DNA of 64,000 nucleotides from NCBI RefSeq assembly GCF_056712565.1, contig NZ_CM160072.1; one strand, 5' to 3'. Shown piece by piece: positions 1 to 13,811 of this stretch (position 1 is its first letter; each line of letters starts with the position of its first letter). The notes under the pieces were generated by a model. It saw only the letters and a program-made list of their open reading frames with translations, ran no database searches and was not told where the DNA came from. The position numbers and the translations under genes were made by a program.

Positions 1-239
1 TCACCTTTTACAAAAGATTTTAAAAAACGTTCATTCCTTTTCGTTTTCGGGGCAAAGACTTTAAAAACATAGCGACCATATTTCGTATCAATCAACGATA
101 CTTTGGTATCATCAATATTACGTAATACTTTTACTGTTTTAAAATTATAGGCCAGTATTTCATCAAAGATTTCTTTATATTTATTATCGTTATCTTTGTA
201 ATAAAATGAGAAGCCGCGATAGCGTATACTTGTAATCAT
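1..239 (-). CDS. waaY: LPS core heptose kinase WaaY (RfaY), N-terminal part; gene continues beyond window start
   Basis: Reverse-strand translation from ATG at 239 gives MITSIRYRGFSFYYKDNDNKYKEIF..., matching my recollection of WaaY; position downstream of the two GT8 genes fits waa operon order. Confidence 0.6.
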   Translation of the reverse strand, partial: MITSIRYRGFSFYYKDNDNKYKEIFDEILAYNFKTVKVLRNIDDTKVSLIDTKYGRYVFKVFAPKTKRNERFLKSFVKG

Positions 240-248
240 AAGAGTAAT

Positions 249-1244
249 TTATTTCTTAAGCTTGTACTTAATTAATGAAGTTATACCTTTAATATACTCA
301 CCATGGGCAAACAGATGCTTATATTGTTTCTGCATTTCTGCAACAGTCCGCGCCTCTTTAAGAGGATATTTCTTCCAGGGAGATTGTTCACGCGCGATAT
401 TAAAGTATGATGCAGACGGATATCCAGCCCAGCTATGCCATGGTTTAGTTATCCCTGTATAGTGAATCAATACTGTTTTATCGGTAATGGTTTGCTGATA
501 CTTTCGATGACTACGATCATGAAGTTCGTTTTTCAGGGTATAAATAGTATCAAAATCCTTCGCGAGGTAGATATTATTCATATTAAATGCGATATTCAAC
601 GCATCCTGATCTAAATATTTAAGAGAGCCATATTTAGTTTCCCCTCGTAAAAGCGTGAGTAAATACGGTGTCAAATTTGCTTCATGCCATTTTTTAAGAT
701 TGACATAGATAACGCCTGCATTGAAATAACGTCCATTCATTTCGGGAATGTTAAGACGTTTTGCACATGCCGCCTGAGTACTATCATTGTCAGGAATAAC
801 CGCAGCAAACTCATCTTTAAATATAATTTTTGTGAGAGGTTTCAGACTTCCTTTACAAACGACATCGGCATCCAGATACAGCAGTGTGGAAATACTTTCA
901 CTCAGATATTCAAAGGACAATACCCTGAAGTATGTCGCGTACGACCAAAACTGTGACGTCGGCAGATCAGCAAAGTATTTTGGGTCAATTAAATATACAA
1001 TAATTGAGGTATTAAATTGTTTTGCTGTTTCATTAAATGACTTTAAATAATCATCATCCACATAATCAGTGAAAACATGAAAGACAAAATTAATATCTGA
1101 ATTATTAATCAAAACGGAAGAAATTGAAACGCCAGCACCATACAAAAAATTCTTATCGATACCGTAGGAAACATTTAGCTCTGGGGCGTTTTCTTTTTTA
1201 TTATCTGCTAAATACGAAAACCGTTCTTTTATAAATTCATTCAT
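249..1244 (-). CDS. LPS outer-core glycosyltransferase, family GT8 (WaaJ/WaaT/WaaR-like)
   Basis: 331-aa ORF with GT8 hallmarks (DxD-type LYLDADVVC, HY.G..KPW motif); paralogous to adjacent ORF; position between waaO/I-like and waaY. Confidence 0.75.
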   Translation of the reverse strand: MNEFIKERFSYLADNKKENAPELNVSYGIDKNFLYGAGVSISSVLINNSDINFVFHVFTDYVDDDYLKSFNETAKQFNTSIIVYLIDPKYFADLPTSQFWSYATYFRVLSFEYLSESISTLLYLDADVVCKGSLKPLTKIIFKDEFAAVIPDNDSTQAACAKRLNIPEMNGRYFNAGVIYVNLKKWHEANLTPYLLTLLRGETKYGSLKYLDQDALNIAFNMNNIYLAKDFDTIYTLKNELHDRSHRKYQQTITDKTVLIHYTGITKPWHSWAGYPSASYFNIAREQSPWKKYPLKEARTVAEMQKQYKHLFAHGEYIKGITSLIKYKLKK

Positions 1245-1260
1245 TTAACTTTTCTCAATA

Positions 1261-2277
1261 TCATTTTATTATCTTTAAATAAAAATAATAAATATAATTC
1301 ATTATCCCGTTAATTGGTTTGTTTTGTTTAAAATTATGCTTAGCGCAATAACGAGCATAATTTGAGTTAACTGGCCGCATTAACGGTTCATTTTTCCAGG
1401 GCGATGCTTCTTTGGCTTTGATAAAAGGTTGCGCACTTGGATAACCGGCCCAGTAATGCCAGGGTTTTGTCGGGCCGACATAATGAATTAATACGGTTTC
1501 ATCATTAATTGGACAAACAAATGATTTTTTTAATTCATAATTTAAACTAAATTGCGTATTGTATTTAGCATCAATGAATTTAACTTTCCCTAACAGGATA
1601 AGATTAAGGATATCTTGATCCATATAGGTTAAACGGGAAACGATGGCTTTATCAGCAAGCATCGACATCGCTTTAGCAGAAACGGACTCCTGCGCCCACG
1701 CTAGTGTATTAATTAACAGGACACCTGAATTAAAGTAACCCTTTTCAAGTTCATTACACTGCAGACTTTGACCCCGTAACGACCACCAGTTAGCATCGCG
1801 TTCAGTAACAACAGCAGCAACGTTATTGGCAAGATCCATTGTTATCAGCGGCTTTAAGTTTCCCTGACAGGCGATATCAGCATCCAGGTACAGGATCTTA
1901 TCTTGTTGATCAATAAAGTAATCTGCAATTACAAAACGGAAATACATGGCAATAGACCAATTTTTGGTCGTCGGTAATGCCTTAAGCCGTTCACAATTCA
2001 CCAGATGGATCTGGATACAGGTATGATAGCTTTTCGCTAATTGGGATAAACGCTGGATATCGGCTTCAGGGATATCATCAATAAAAACGTGGAAGACAAA
2101 ACTCACGTCGTTGTTATGTAACAAAACTGACGTGATTGAAACACCACAACCAAAAAGAAAGTTCTGATCAATGCCATAAGCAACATGGAATGATGATGCC
2201 ACTGACGCCTCTGGGCTTTCATCGAAGATGATTGTCTTATTGATCATCTCTTGTGGATTAAAATAGTGGGCACTCAT
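1261..2277 (-). CDS. LPS outer-core glycosyltransferase, family GT8 (WaaO/WaaI-like)
   Basis: 338-aa ORF with GT8 motifs (YLDADIAC, HYVGPTKPWH); directly downstream of waaP. Confidence 0.75.
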   Translation of the reverse strand: MSAHYFNPQEMINKTIIFDESPEASVASSFHVAYGIDQNFLFGCGVSITSVLLHNNDVSFVFHVFIDDIPEADIQRLSQLAKSYHTCIQIHLVNCERLKALPTTKNWSIAMYFRFVIADYFIDQQDKILYLDADIACQGNLKPLITMDLANNVAAVVTERDANWWSLRGQSLQCNELEKGYFNSGVLLINTLAWAQESVSAKAMSMLADKAIVSRLTYMDQDILNLILLGKVKFIDAKYNTQFSLNYELKKSFVCPINDETVLIHYVGPTKPWHYWAGYPSAQPFIKAKEASPWKNEPLMRPVNSNYARYCAKHNFKQNKPINGIMNYIYYFYLKIIK

Positions 2278-2292
2278 ATTTCTCTCCGGAAA

Positions 2293-3090
2293 TTACAACG
2301 ATTTTCGAATCGTTCTTTCCCTGATTTTTGTGGCTTTTTCTTCTGCTTGCGACAGCAGCCCTTGTTCCTGCTTGATAATGTCTTTAAGCGGGGCGACAAA
2401 ATACACTTTCATAAACCGCCAGATATCCCGCTGAGTCAGGCCAATATTCATCGAAGAAAAATAAAGTCCAATAAGATCTTTATCCCGCCAACGACGCGGT
2501 ACTTTTGCACGTATCTGCGCCCGGTGCAGGTCAATTACTGAAATTTTTAACACCTCTTCCTTACCGGAAAAAGGCAAGTGCAGCAGGAAATGACAGATAT
2601 AACAGTCACGGTGGTTAATGCCCGCAGCATGCATATCGCGCACCATCGTCGCGACACGCTTAATAAGCATACGCTTTACGCGAACATCTGGTGGGTTGGT
2701 CGCCCAGTCAGCACAGTAATCTTCCAGACTGATGGTTGGTGTCAGATCTTCGGTAATAATAAACGAGGTTCTGGTCAGCGGATTAATGCCTTTTTCGCCG
2801 AATGCCACCCCATACATAGTATCAACGCCGACATCCCGCAGTCGATGAATCGCATTCCATTCGCGGTCTGCGCCTAATACTGGCATCCGCAATGAGAGTA
2901 AATTTTTGATTATCTCTTTCAGGGTCGTGCCGCGATGCCATTTGAGAAAATAGCTTTTGCCCGCCATTTCAAAGCGCAGAGTGCGGCGAGTTTCCAGTTC
3001 ACGAAATACCTCACCCTGCAAGGTTTTAACTTCCTCAAAAGGATCTTTACCGCGCCATAACGTGGCAAACGGCTCTTTAAGTTCAACCAT
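2293..3090 (-). CDS. waaP: LPS core heptose(I) kinase WaaP
   Basis: Protein [32 protein letters not shown]... matches E. coli WaaP as I recall it; start trimmed from ORF track to MVELKEP; 8-bp overlap with waaG. Confidence 0.85.
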   Translation of the reverse strand: MVELKEPFATLWRGKDPFEEVKTLQGEVFRELETRRTLRFEMAGKSYFLKWHRGTTLKEIIKNLLSLRMPVLGADREWNAIHRLRDVGVDTMYGVAFGEKGINPLTRTSFIITEDLTPTISLEDYCADWATNPPDVRVKRMLIKRVATMVRDMHAAGINHRDCYICHFLLHLPFSGKEEVLKISVIDLHRAQIRAKVPRRWRDKDLIGLYFSSMNIGLTQRDIWRFMKVYFVAPLKDIIKQEQGLLSQAEEKATKIRERTIRKSL

Positions 3091-4207
3091 CCAGACCACC
3101 CGTTATGATGTCCGCCGCTTTCTCTGGCAGACTGTATAAATCTTGTGTATCAGCATAATGTCGCGCATTTTCCGCCCATGCCTGGCGCAATGAAGATTGC
3201 GTTAACGCTTTGCGTAAAATCTCATTCAATGTTTCCTGGCGGAATGGCTCAGCAATAGCCTCGCCGCAATTGGCGTCGACAATATAATGCGCATAGCCAC
3301 AAACGGCTGTTGTTAGTACCGGTAATCCTGCAGTTATCGCTTCCAGCAGTACAATTCCCGCGGCTTCCTGGTAGGCAGGATGAAGTAATAAATCCGCCGC
3401 TGCCATTAATTCCGAGACATCGTTGCGCCCCGAGAAGAAGTGAACATTACTGCGCACGCCGCGTTTTTCTGCCAGCGCCTCAAATTTTCGCGGTTTATCC
3501 TGCCCAACAACATATAGTAATGTGTTGTGGCGCAGCGAATCCGGTAACGAAGCAAGTGCTTCAATGGAACGATCGACACCTTTACGCGTGAAGTCTGAAC
3601 CAACCTGCAACAATAAATATTGTTGTTCGGTTATTCCATTCTTCTTACGGAAGATTTCACGGCTATTGGCTGGCTGCTGGCTATATTTACGATCAGGATA
3701 AATCCCCGGAGGCAGAATATGAAAACGCTCCGCTTCAGTCTGATAATGTTTCTGGAAATCGGCGATTTGCTTATCTGTCAGCATCAGCAGCTGTGTCGGC
3801 TTGCCCTGTTCGAAGGTTGCCCGCTCAAAGGCGGCATAATGGCGATAACGTGACGTCAGGCGATAGAAAAAGCCTTTTTCCTGCGCTACTTTCTCGGCAT
3901 AGCAAACATCAGCGGCATAATAAACGTCCAGCCCCGGCATTTTGTTGAATCCAACGACTTTATCGACGGGATGTTCGCGTAAATGTTTTTGCACCCAGGC
4001 AAAATACTCCGCATTGCGCCCGTGATTGGTATGCGATTTAACCGGCACTTTGATCAGTTCAAATACATCAGGGCATTCGCCTTCCCACGACTGGGTATAA
4101 ACCCGAACATGATGACCTCGGGCGGCGACTGTCTGAGCAATACGCATAAAATCGCGCTGCAAACCGCCAAAGGGAAAATATTTATATAAACAAAAAGCAA
4201 CGATCAT
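3083..4207 (-). CDS. waaG: LPS core glucosyltransferase I WaaG (GT4)
   Basis: 374-aa [42 protein letters not shown]..., recognised as WaaG; stop/start overlap with waaQ. Confidence 0.9.
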   Translation of the reverse strand: MIVAFCLYKYFPFGGLQRDFMRIAQTVAARGHHVRVYTQSWEGECPDVFELIKVPVKSHTNHGRNAEYFAWVQKHLREHPVDKVVGFNKMPGLDVYYAADVCYAEKVAQEKGFFYRLTSRYRHYAAFERATFEQGKPTQLLMLTDKQIADFQKHYQTEAERFHILPPGIYPDRKYSQQPANSREIFRKKNGITEQQYLLLQVGSDFTRKGVDRSIEALASLPDSLRHNTLLYVVGQDKPRKFEALAEKRGVRSNVHFFSGRNDVSELMAAADLLLHPAYQEAAGIVLLEAITAGLPVLTTAVCGYAHYIVDANCGEAIAEPFRQETLNEILRKALTQSSLRQAWAENARHYADTQDLYSLPEKAADIITGGLDG

Positions 4208-5262
4208 AACGACGTACCTGTCGTGGAGGAGGGCAGTAATTTATCGACAGCAGCAATGACATCTGCCGCCGGAATAACCGAAAGATACATCTCATTTCGG
4301 TCACGCTGATCGCGCGTTGGCATTTCCCGGTAATCTCCCGCCCAGAATTGAATCATGTTATTTGACCAGGGACGCCAGAAAATATGGTCTGTCGCACCAA
4401 ACAGCGATATCAGCGGCGTATTAACTGCAGCGGCAATATGCGCCGGTGCGGAATCAACGCCAATAAACAGCTGGGCATGATCGATTAACGCACCAAGTTC
4501 CGGGAAGGTCACCTTTCCGGCCAGCGCCGTTACTGGTAGCGTCTGGCATCCCTGGGCAATTTCATTGACGCAGGCCAGATCGTCTTTATCTGGGCCGGAC
4601 GTCAGAACGACTTCATAACCACGAGCATGTAAGGCATCAATCACAGCGGAAAACTTGGCGTTGTCCCAGCATTTGAAGATTTGCCGCGCCGTAGGTTGGA
4701 TAACCACATAATTTTGTCCAACACCTGCATGATCAAGTTCGCGACGCATACGTTTCCAGCTTGCAGGCGGGTAACTCATGGTTGTCTGCTTCACCAACGA
4801 TTCAAGTCCCAATGGCGTCAGCACGGATAAGTTACTTTCCACCACATTTCCACCCTGCAACGGCACCAAATGAGTGAAACTATTACGCCAAAAAGCAGAC
4901 TGCCGATGATGATAATCCTGGGAAATTTTCACACGGGCATTTAATAAACGAACCAGTATAGCAATCATCCATTGATCGGTAAGATTAACGATAAGGTCAT
5001 ACTTATTGGCACGTAATACCTTGATGAGATGAAAAAAGTTGGCAATTTTTTCTGAGGCTTTTGCTTTTTTATTTTTTATGCCGTAGAGCGCGTTAATCTC
5101 TGGATTTTCAGACAGGATCGGGATGGTGTCCTGATAAAGCAGCACATCGATTTTTGCGTCAGGGTAATTTTTTTTCAGCGAACTAATGACGGGAGTAGTT
5201 AATAACATATCCCCATGAAAACGCATCTTAATGAGCAAAATTCTTCGAAATGGCTTATCCAC
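4204..5262 (-). CDS. waaQ: LPS heptosyltransferase III WaaQ (GT9)
   Basis: 352-aa ORF with heptosyltransferase family features; first gene of the waaQ operon, divergent from waaA. True start may be an internal Met (MRFHGD...). Confidence 0.8.
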   Translation of the reverse strand: MDKPFRRILLIKMRFHGDMLLTTPVISSLKKNYPDAKIDVLLYQDTIPILSENPEINALYGIKNKKAKASEKIANFFHLIKVLRANKYDLIVNLTDQWMIAILVRLLNARVKISQDYHHRQSAFWRNSFTHLVPLQGGNVVESNLSVLTPLGLESLVKQTTMSYPPASWKRMRRELDHAGVGQNYVVIQPTARQIFKCWDNAKFSAVIDALHARGYEVVLTSGPDKDDLACVNEIAQGCQTLPVTALAGKVTFPELGALIDHAQLFIGVDSAPAHIAAAVNTPLISLFGATDHIFWRPWSNNMIQFWAGDYREMPTRDQRDRNEMYLSVIPAADVIAAVDKLLPSSTTGTSL

Positions 5263-5311
5263 AAGTAACTCTTTTTGTTGAGATTATCCGATTAAGGTGA
5301 AGCAGAAAAAG

Positions 5312-5323
5312 CACGCTACCGCC
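5312..5323 (-). promoter_or_regulatory. ops element (GGCGGTAGCGTG on minus strand) within JUMPstart-like leader of the waaQ operon; RfaH-dependent antitermination site
   Basis: Reverse complement of cacgctaccgcc is GGCGGTAGCGTG, matching the ops consensus GGCGGTAGnnT, about 50 bp upstream of the waaQ start. Confidence 0.7.
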
Positions 5324-5674
5324 CCAGGCTCAACAGCTACCTGAATACTGATACCGCACTGATATTGACGCGCTAGTGTATCACTTCTTTCGCGGCAATC
5401 CGACTCGAATGATTTTTAAGCACATTGTTGATTTTCAATAAAGAAATCAATCAAATAAAATCATTAGCAACCATATTCTTTTACTGTTGCTCTGTGATTC
5501 CTTCCTGCACGTACTGCAGAAATCAATGAATCGCATAAAAATACAAAAAAAGTATAGATGTTCAGCAAGAATTGGCGGGTAAATTGCTATTTAAGTCAAA
5601 AACGGGAAAAGTAATGGTAAAGCCACAGCTAAATACATAGAATCCCCAGCACATCCATAAGTCAGCTATTTACT

Positions 5675-7439
<1,765 letters not shown>

Positions 7440-7477
7440 AGTTTATGCCGGATGGTATGCCATCCGGCGCGCATCAA

Positions 7478-8287
7478 TTACTTCTGGCACTGCCGACAAT
7501 AAAACGTTGCCCGCTGCGCATGTTTAGTCGCCACAATCGGCGTACCGCACACCCGACACGGCTCACCTTTTCGCCCGTAAACCTGCAATTCCTGAGCGAA
7601 ATAGCCCGGTTTACCATCACTTTGCAGAAAATCTTTCAGCGTTGTACCGCCCTGCTCAATCGAACGCAGCAACACCGCTTTAATCACCCGAGCTAACAAT
7701 TCACACTCCGCCAGCGACAGTGATGACGCCAGCCGATCCGGATGGATCCCCGCCGCAAACAGCGATTCGCTGGCATAGATATTCCCTACGCCTACCACCA
7801 GCTTGTTATCCATCAGCCACGGTTTAATCGCCGTTTTTTTCTTCGCGCACTTCTGATGCAGGTACTCACCGTTGAAATCGTCACTAAGCGGCTCCGGTCC
7901 AAGATGGGCCAGCACGTTGTGCCCTTCCAGCTCTTTGGTCCATAGCCAGGCACCAAAGCGGCGCGGATCGGTGTAGCGCAGCACTTTGCCGTTGCTCATC
8001 ACCAAATCCACATGGTCATGCTTTTCAGGGGGAAGTTCTTCTGGAAGGATGCGCAGGCTGCCAGACATCCCCAAATGAATGATAATCCAGCCCTCAGGCA
8101 GCTCCAGCAGCAGATATTTAGCCCGGCGCTGCACGCTAAGCACTGGTTGGTCGCTTAAACGGTAGATCTCTTCTGAAACCGGCCAGCGCAAGCGTCCGTT
8201 GCGCACCACCGCATGAAGAATGGTTGCACCAACGAGATGCGGTTCTATGCCGCGACGGCTGGTTTCAACTTCGGGTAATTCAGGCAT
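7478..8287 (-). CDS. mutM: formamidopyrimidine-DNA glycosylase MutM (Fpg)
   Basis: 269-aa ORF starting [20 protein letters not shown] with a C-terminal zinc finger (CRVCGTPI...CRQCQ). Confidence 0.9.
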
Positions 8288-8339
8288 AGCATCTCCAGGA
8301 ATGAACAGATGCAGTCAATATGGGGGCAAGCAGATAACA

Positions 8340-8368
8340 AAAAACCCCGCCGGGGCGAGGTTTTTTGT
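8340..8368. terminator. GC-rich hairpin flanked by A/T runs between convergent mutM and rpmG (probable bidirectional terminator)
   Basis: aaaaccccgccggggcgaggtttttt: stem ccccg/cgggg with flanking A and T runs. Confidence 0.5.
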
Positions 8369-8384
8369 TACATCAAAGCGAGAA

Positions 8385-8555
<171 letters not shown>

Positions 8556-8572
8556 TTATTTCCTCTAAGTAC

Positions 8573-8830
<258 letters not shown>

Positions 8831-9025
8831 TTAGCTCGAGCTTCGTATGGGGTATTGGCGCCTCGTCAGGCTTTACAGCCCGGTCATCGCAGTTCTATGT
8901 GAACTCTCGATTGCCAGGCCCAAATGCCAAACCCGAGATTCTCAAAGGTGGCGTAGTATACGCTGACTCAGCGATGTGCTCAAGTCCCGAACAGACAAAG
9001 ATCCCGAAGGATCGCGCATAGCGGG

Positions 9026-9700
9026 TTAAATCCAGCCGCGTTCGGCAAAAGAAACATACTCTCCACGCCCAATCACGATATGGTCGAGCACGCGTAAATC
9101 CATGAACTGACAACTCTTTATTATCCGTTCAGTAATGAGTTTATCCGCTTTACTGGGTTCAGCACAACCCGAAGGGTGATTATGCGCAAGGATCAGCGCC
9201 GAGGCGTTTATTTTTATCGCTTCGCGGATAATTTCCCGAGGATGGACTTCAACATGGTTTAGCGTGCCGGAAAAAAGACGGCTATGCGTTATAACCCGGT
9301 GTTGGGAGTCGAGAAAGATCACCATAAAGATCTCCCGCTCCTCGCCCGTGAGCTGGCTTTGTAAAAATTCCCTCGTCATCTCCGGGCTGAGTAAAGGGCT
9401 TTCTTCACGCATCCGTACGTTGTAGTAACGCCGCGCCAGTTCGGCAATCCCCTTTAACTGGGCGAATTTCGCCACGCCAATTCCATGAACGCCACTAAAT
9501 TGCTCATATTCAGAGGTTAACAAGCCATAAAGAGAGCCGAAATTCTCCAGCATCTCTTTTGCCAGGGTTAATACATCTTTACCGCGCGTTCCGGTACGCA
9601 GAAATAGCGCCAACAGCTCGACATCCGTTAAGGCGCTAATACCAAACTTCAGCATTTTTTCGCGCGGCATCAACAGCTGTGCATTGTTTTTCACCTTCAC
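9026..9700 (-). CDS. yicR: UPF0758 / RadC-like JAMM-motif protein YicR
   Basis: 224-aa ORF with HNHPSG JAMM motif and conserved position upstream of rpmBG; exact start codon uncertain. Confidence 0.8.
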
Positions 9701-9865
9701 CTCCTTTGTGGTGCTCGCATCCTGTCATAGCCGTTCCTTTAAATCGACGGCCAGTTTTCAATCCTGGAAAGCGCCTCGCAAAGTGAATCTCAGGTGAAGG
9801 CACGACAACAAAAGTATTGTGATAAAATCGCCAACTTCTGGTGTCACCCAACAGGAAAAATCATC

Positions 9866-11086
9866 ATGAGCCTGGCCGGTAAAAAAATCGTTCTCGGCGT
9901 TAGCGGCGGTATTGCTGCCTATAAAACCCCTGAACTGGTGCGTCGTTTGCGCGATCGCGGGGCCGATGTCCGCGTAGCCATGACCGAAGCGGCAAAAGCC
10001 TTTATCACCCCACTTAGCTTGCAGGCGGTTTCTGGTTATCCCGTTTCCGACAGTCTGCTGGACCCGGCAGCCGAAGCCGCTATGGGCCATATTGAGCTGG
10101 GAAAATGGGCTGATTTAGTGATTCTCGCCCCTGCCACGGCAGATTTAATTGCCCGTGTTGCAGCCGGAATGGCGAATGACCTGGTATCGACGATTTGTCT
10201 GGCTACACCTGCGCCTGTAGCCGTGCTCCCCGCCATGAACCAGCAGATGTACCGTGCCGCCGCCACCCAGCATAATTTAGAGGTGCTTGCCTCGCGTGGT
10301 TTGCTCATCTGGGGGCCAGACAGCGGCAGTCAGGCTTGTGGTGATATCGGCCCAGGGCGAATGCTCGATCCGTTAACCATTGTGGATATGGCGGTAGCGC
10401 ATTTTTCGCCCGTCAACGACCTGAAACATCTGAACATTATGATTACCGCCGGTCCGACGCGTGAACCGCTCGATCCCGTGCGTTATATCTCTAATCACAG
10501 CTCCGGCAAGATGGGTTTTGCTATCGCCGCCGCCGCAGCCCGTCGTGGTGCGAACGTCACGCTGGTATCAGGTCCGGTTTCATTACCGACGCCACCGTTT
10601 GTTAACCGTGTTGATGTGATGACCGCGCTGGAAATGGAAGCCGCCGTGAATGCTTCAGTACAGCAGCAAAATATTTTTATCGGTTGCGCCGCCGTGGCGG
10701 ATTATCGCGCAGCTACCGTGGCCCCAGAAAAAATCAAAAAGCAGGCCACGCAGGGTGATGAATTAACAATAAAAATGGTTAAAAACCCCGATATCGTCGC
10801 AGGCGTTGCCGCACTAAAAGACCATCGACCCTACGTCGTTGGATTTGCCGCCGAAACAAATAATGTGGAAGAATACGCCCGGCAAAAACGTATCCGTAAA
10901 AACCTTGATCTGATCTGCGCGAACGATGTTTCCCAGCCAACTCAAGGATTTAACAGCGACAACAACGCATTACACCTTTTCTGGCAGGACGGAGATAAAG
11001 TCTTACCGCTTGAGCGCAAAGAGCTCCTTGGCCAATTATTACTCGACGAGATCGTGACCCGTTATGATGAAAAAAATCGACGTTAA
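9866..11086 (+). CDS. coaBC: bifunctional phosphopantothenoylcysteine decarboxylase / synthetase CoaBC (Dfp)
   Basis: Start at ATG 9866 ([20 protein letters not shown]...), 406 aa; flavoprotein N-domain and CoaB C-domain recognisable; ORF-track N-terminal extension rejected. Confidence 0.9.
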   Translation: MSLAGKKIVLGVSGGIAAYKTPELVRRLRDRGADVRVAMTEAAKAFITPLSLQAVSGYPVSDSLLDPAAEAAMGHIELGKWADLVILAPATADLIARVAAGMANDLVSTICLATPAPVAVLPAMNQQMYRAAATQHNLEVLASRGLLIWGPDSGSQACGDIGPGRMLDPLTIVDMAVAHFSPVNDLKHLNIMITAGPTREPLDPVRYISNHSSGKMGFAIAAAAARRGANVTLVSGPVSLPTPPFVNRVDVMTALEMEAAVNASVQQQNIFIGCAAVADYRAATVAPEKIKKQATQGDELTIKMVKNPDIVAGVAALKDHRPYVVGFAAETNNVEEYARQKRIRKNLDLICANDVSQPTQGFNSDNNALHLFWQDGDKVLPLERKELLGQLLLDEIVTRYDEKNRR

Positions 11087-11522
11087 GATTCTGGACCCGC
11101 GCGTTGGGAAGGAATTTCCGCTCCCGACTTATGCCACCTCTGGCTCTGCCGGACTTGACCTGCGTGCCTGTCTCGACGACGCCGTAGAACTGGCTCCGGG
11201 TGACACTACGCTGGTTCCGACCGGGCTGGCGATTCATATTGCCGATCCTTCACTGGCGGCAATGATGCTGCCGCGCTCCGGATTGGGACATAAGCACGGT
11301 ATCGTGCTTGGTAACCTGGTAGGATTGATCGATTCTGACTATCAGGGCCAGTTGATGATTTCCGTGTGGAACCGTGGTCAGGACAACTTCACCATTCAAC
11401 CTGGCGAACGCATCGCCCAGATGATTTTTGTTCCGGTAGTACAGGCTGAATTTAATCTGGTGGAAGATTTCGACGCCACCGACCGCGGTGAAGGCGGCTT
11501 TGGTCACTCTGGTCGTCAGTAA
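11064..11522 (+). CDS. dut: dUTP diphosphatase Dut
   Basis: 152-aa [40 protein letters not shown]...; start overlaps the coaBC 3-prime end. Confidence 0.9.
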   Translation: MMKKIDVKILDPRVGKEFPLPTYATSGSAGLDLRACLDDAVELAPGDTTLVPTGLAIHIADPSLAAMMLPRSGLGHKHGIVLGNLVGLIDSDYQGQLMISVWNRGQDNFTIQPGERIAQMIFVPVVQAEFNLVEDFDATDRGEGGFGHSGRQ

Positions 11523-11628
11523 CACATACGCATCCGAATAACGTCATAACATAGCCGCAAACATTTCGTTTGCGGTCATAGCGTGGGTGCCGCCTGGCAA
11601 GTGCTTATTTTCAGGGGTATTTTGTAAC

Positions 11629-12225
11629 ATGGCAGAAAAACAAACTGCGAAAAGGAACCGTCGCGAGGAAATACTTCAGTCTCTGGCGCTGATGCTGGAA
11701 TCCAGCGATGGAAGCCAACGTATCACGACGGCAAAACTGGCCGCCTCTGTCGGCGTTTCCGAAGCGGCACTGTATCGCCACTTCCCCAGTAAGACCCGCA
11801 TGTTCGATAGCCTGATTGAGTTTATCGAAGATAGCCTGATTACTCGCATCAATCTGATTCTGAAAGATGAGAAGGACACCACAGCGCGCCTGCGTCTGAT
11901 TGTGTTGCTGCTTCTCGGTTTTGGTGAGCGTAATCCTGGCCTGACCCGCATCCTCACTGGTCATGCACTAATGTTTGAACAGGATCGCCTGCAAGGGCGC
12001 ATCAACCAGCTATTCGAGCGTATTGAAGCGCAGTTGCGTCAGGTATTGCGTGAAAAGAGAATGCGTGAGGGCGAAGGCTACGCGACGGATGAAACCCTGC
12101 TGGCAAGCCAGATCCTGGCCTTCTGTGAAGGTATGCTGTCACGCTTTGTCCGCAGCGAGTTTAAATACCGCCCGACGGATGACTTTGACGCCCGCTGGCC
12201 GCTAATTGCTGCACAGTTGCAGTAA
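11629..12225 (+). CDS. slmA: nucleoid occlusion factor SlmA (TetR family)
   Basis: Start at ATG 11629 ([24 protein letters not shown]...), 198 aa; TetR-type HTH. Confidence 0.85.
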   Translation: MAEKQTAKRNRREEILQSLALMLESSDGSQRITTAKLAASVGVSEAALYRHFPSKTRMFDSLIEFIEDSLITRINLILKDEKDTTARLRLIVLLLLGFGERNPGLTRILTGHALMFEQDRLQGRINQLFERIEAQLRQVLREKRMREGEGYATDETLLASQILAFCEGMLSRFVRSEFKYRPTDDFDARWPLIAAQLQ

Positions 12226-12261
12226 TATGACGCCGGATGACTTTTCATCCGGCGAGTTTCT

Positions 12262-12903
12262 TTAAACGCCGAACTCTTCGCGATAGGCCTTAACCGCCGC
12301 CAGATGTTCCGCCATTTCTGGCTTCTCTTCCAGATAGGCAATCAGATCTTTCAAGGTGATGATAGAGATCACTTTGCAGTTGTAATCACGCTCAACTTCC
12401 TGAATTGCCGAAATCTCGCCGCGCCCCCGTTCCTGACGATCGAGCGAAATCAATACGCCAGCAAGCGTCGCGCCATTGGCCTGAATAATTTCCATCGACT
12501 CGCGAATCGCCGTTCCGGCGGTGATCACATCATCCACCAGCATTATGCGTCCTTGTAACGCGCTACCGACCAGATTGCCGCCTTCACCGTGGTCTTTTGC
12601 TTCTTTGCGGTTAAAGCAGTACGGCAGGTCCAGGTCATGATGCTCCGCCAGCGCCACGGCAGTTGTGGTGGCAATCGGGATCCCTTTGTAAGCAGGGCCA
12701 AACAGCAGATCGAACTCAATGCCGGAATCCACCAATGCTTCAGCGTAAAAACGGCCTAACAGTGCCAGATCGCGCCCGGTATTAAACAGCCCGGCGTTGA
12801 AGAAATAGGGGCTTTTGCGCCCGGATTTCAGCGTGAACTCGCCAAACTTTAACACCTGCTTGCTAAGCGCAAATTCAATAAACTGGCGCTGATATGGTTT
12901 CAT
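12262..12903 (-). CDS. pyrE: orotate phosphoribosyltransferase PyrE
   Basis: [40 protein letters not shown]... (213 aa) with PRPP-binding motif [10 protein letters not shown]. Confidence 0.9.
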   Translation of the reverse strand: MKPYQRQFIEFALSKQVLKFGEFTLKSGRKSPYFFNAGLFNTGRDLALLGRFYAEALVDSGIEFDLLFGPAYKGIPIATTTAVALAEHHDLDLPYCFNRKEAKDHGEGGNLVGSALQGRIMLVDDVITAGTAIRESMEIIQANGATLAGVLISLDRQERGRGEISAIQEVERDYNCKVISIITLKDLIAYLEEKPEMAEHLAAVKAYREEFGV

Positions 12904-12968
12904 GCCTTCGCTCCTCATCTTACTTTTCTACAGACAAAAAAAAGGCGACTCATCAGTCGCCTTAAAAA

Positions 12969-13685
12969 TCAGTTTGCCAGCGCCGCCTTCTGCGTCGCTA
13001 CAATGGATTCGATTCCCCCTCGGGCCAGCGCCAACAAGGTGAGTAACTCTTCGTGGGTGAACGGTTCGCCTTCTGCCGTCCCCTGCACTTCAATGATACG
13101 CCCGTCTTCGGTCATCACTACGTTCATGTCGGTCTCTGCGGCAGAGTCTTCAACATATTCCAGATCGCAAACCGCTTCGCCGTTCACAATCCCGACAGAG
13201 ACCGCGGCTACCATCCCTTTCATTGGATTAGTTTTCAGCTTGCCGTTTTCCACCAGCTTCTGTAGCGCATCTGCCAGCGCCACGCAGGCACCCGTAATCG
13301 AAGCGGTACGCGTGCCACCATCAGCCTGAAGCACGTCGCAGTCCAGCGTAATGGTGAACTCACCCAGTGCTTTCAAATCTACTGCCGCGCGAAGAGCACG
13401 GGCGATCAGACGCTGGATTTCCATTGTGCGTCCACCCTGCTTACCTTTCGCCGCTTCACGCGCGTTACGGGTATGGGTAGAACGCGGCAGCATACCGTAC
13501 TCTGCGGTGATCCAGCCCTGGCCCTGACCTTTCAGGAAGCGCGGCACGCCTTCTTCAATAGAGGCGGTACACAACACTTTGGTATCGCCAAATTCGACCA
13601 GCACCGAGCCTTCTGCATGTTTTGTATAGTTACGAGTCAGGGTAACGGGACGCACCTGATTATTGCTACGGCCTGCTGGACGCAT
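12969..13685 (-). CDS. rph: ribonuclease PH (Rph), full length
   Basis: [39 protein letters not shown]..., 238 aa with an intact C-terminus (...ATQKAALAN), i.e. no frameshift of the kind carried by K-12 MG1655 (rph-1). Confidence 0.85.
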   Translation of the reverse strand: MRPAGRSNNQVRPVTLTRNYTKHAEGSVLVEFGDTKVLCTASIEEGVPRFLKGQGQGWITAEYGMLPRSTHTRNAREAAKGKQGGRTMEIQRLIARALRAAVDLKALGEFTITLDCDVLQADGGTRTASITGACVALADALQKLVENGKLKTNPMKGMVAAVSVGIVNGEAVCDLEYVEDSAAETDMNVVMTEDGRIIEVQGTAEGEPFTHEELLTLLALARGGIESIVATQKAALAN

Positions 13686-13811
13686 ATTGAAATCTCCGGC
13701 TTGAAACAAATGTGGCTGCGCATTATACGGACTTCCGGCGGTTATTCCTATCCTGACAAGGCATCGATGGCTATAATCCTTCCACCTCTCCTTTTATAAA
13801 CAGGAACGTCT

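Noticed and set aside
9794-11086. N-terminal extensions proposed by the ORF track for coaBC (and similarly slmA, pyrE, rph, gmk, recG, xanP, yicH, yicG, ligB, yicJ, waaP, dinD, int)
   Set aside because: Extensions begin at upstream in-frame alternative starts; conserved protein N-termini identify the internal start codons used in the feature table.
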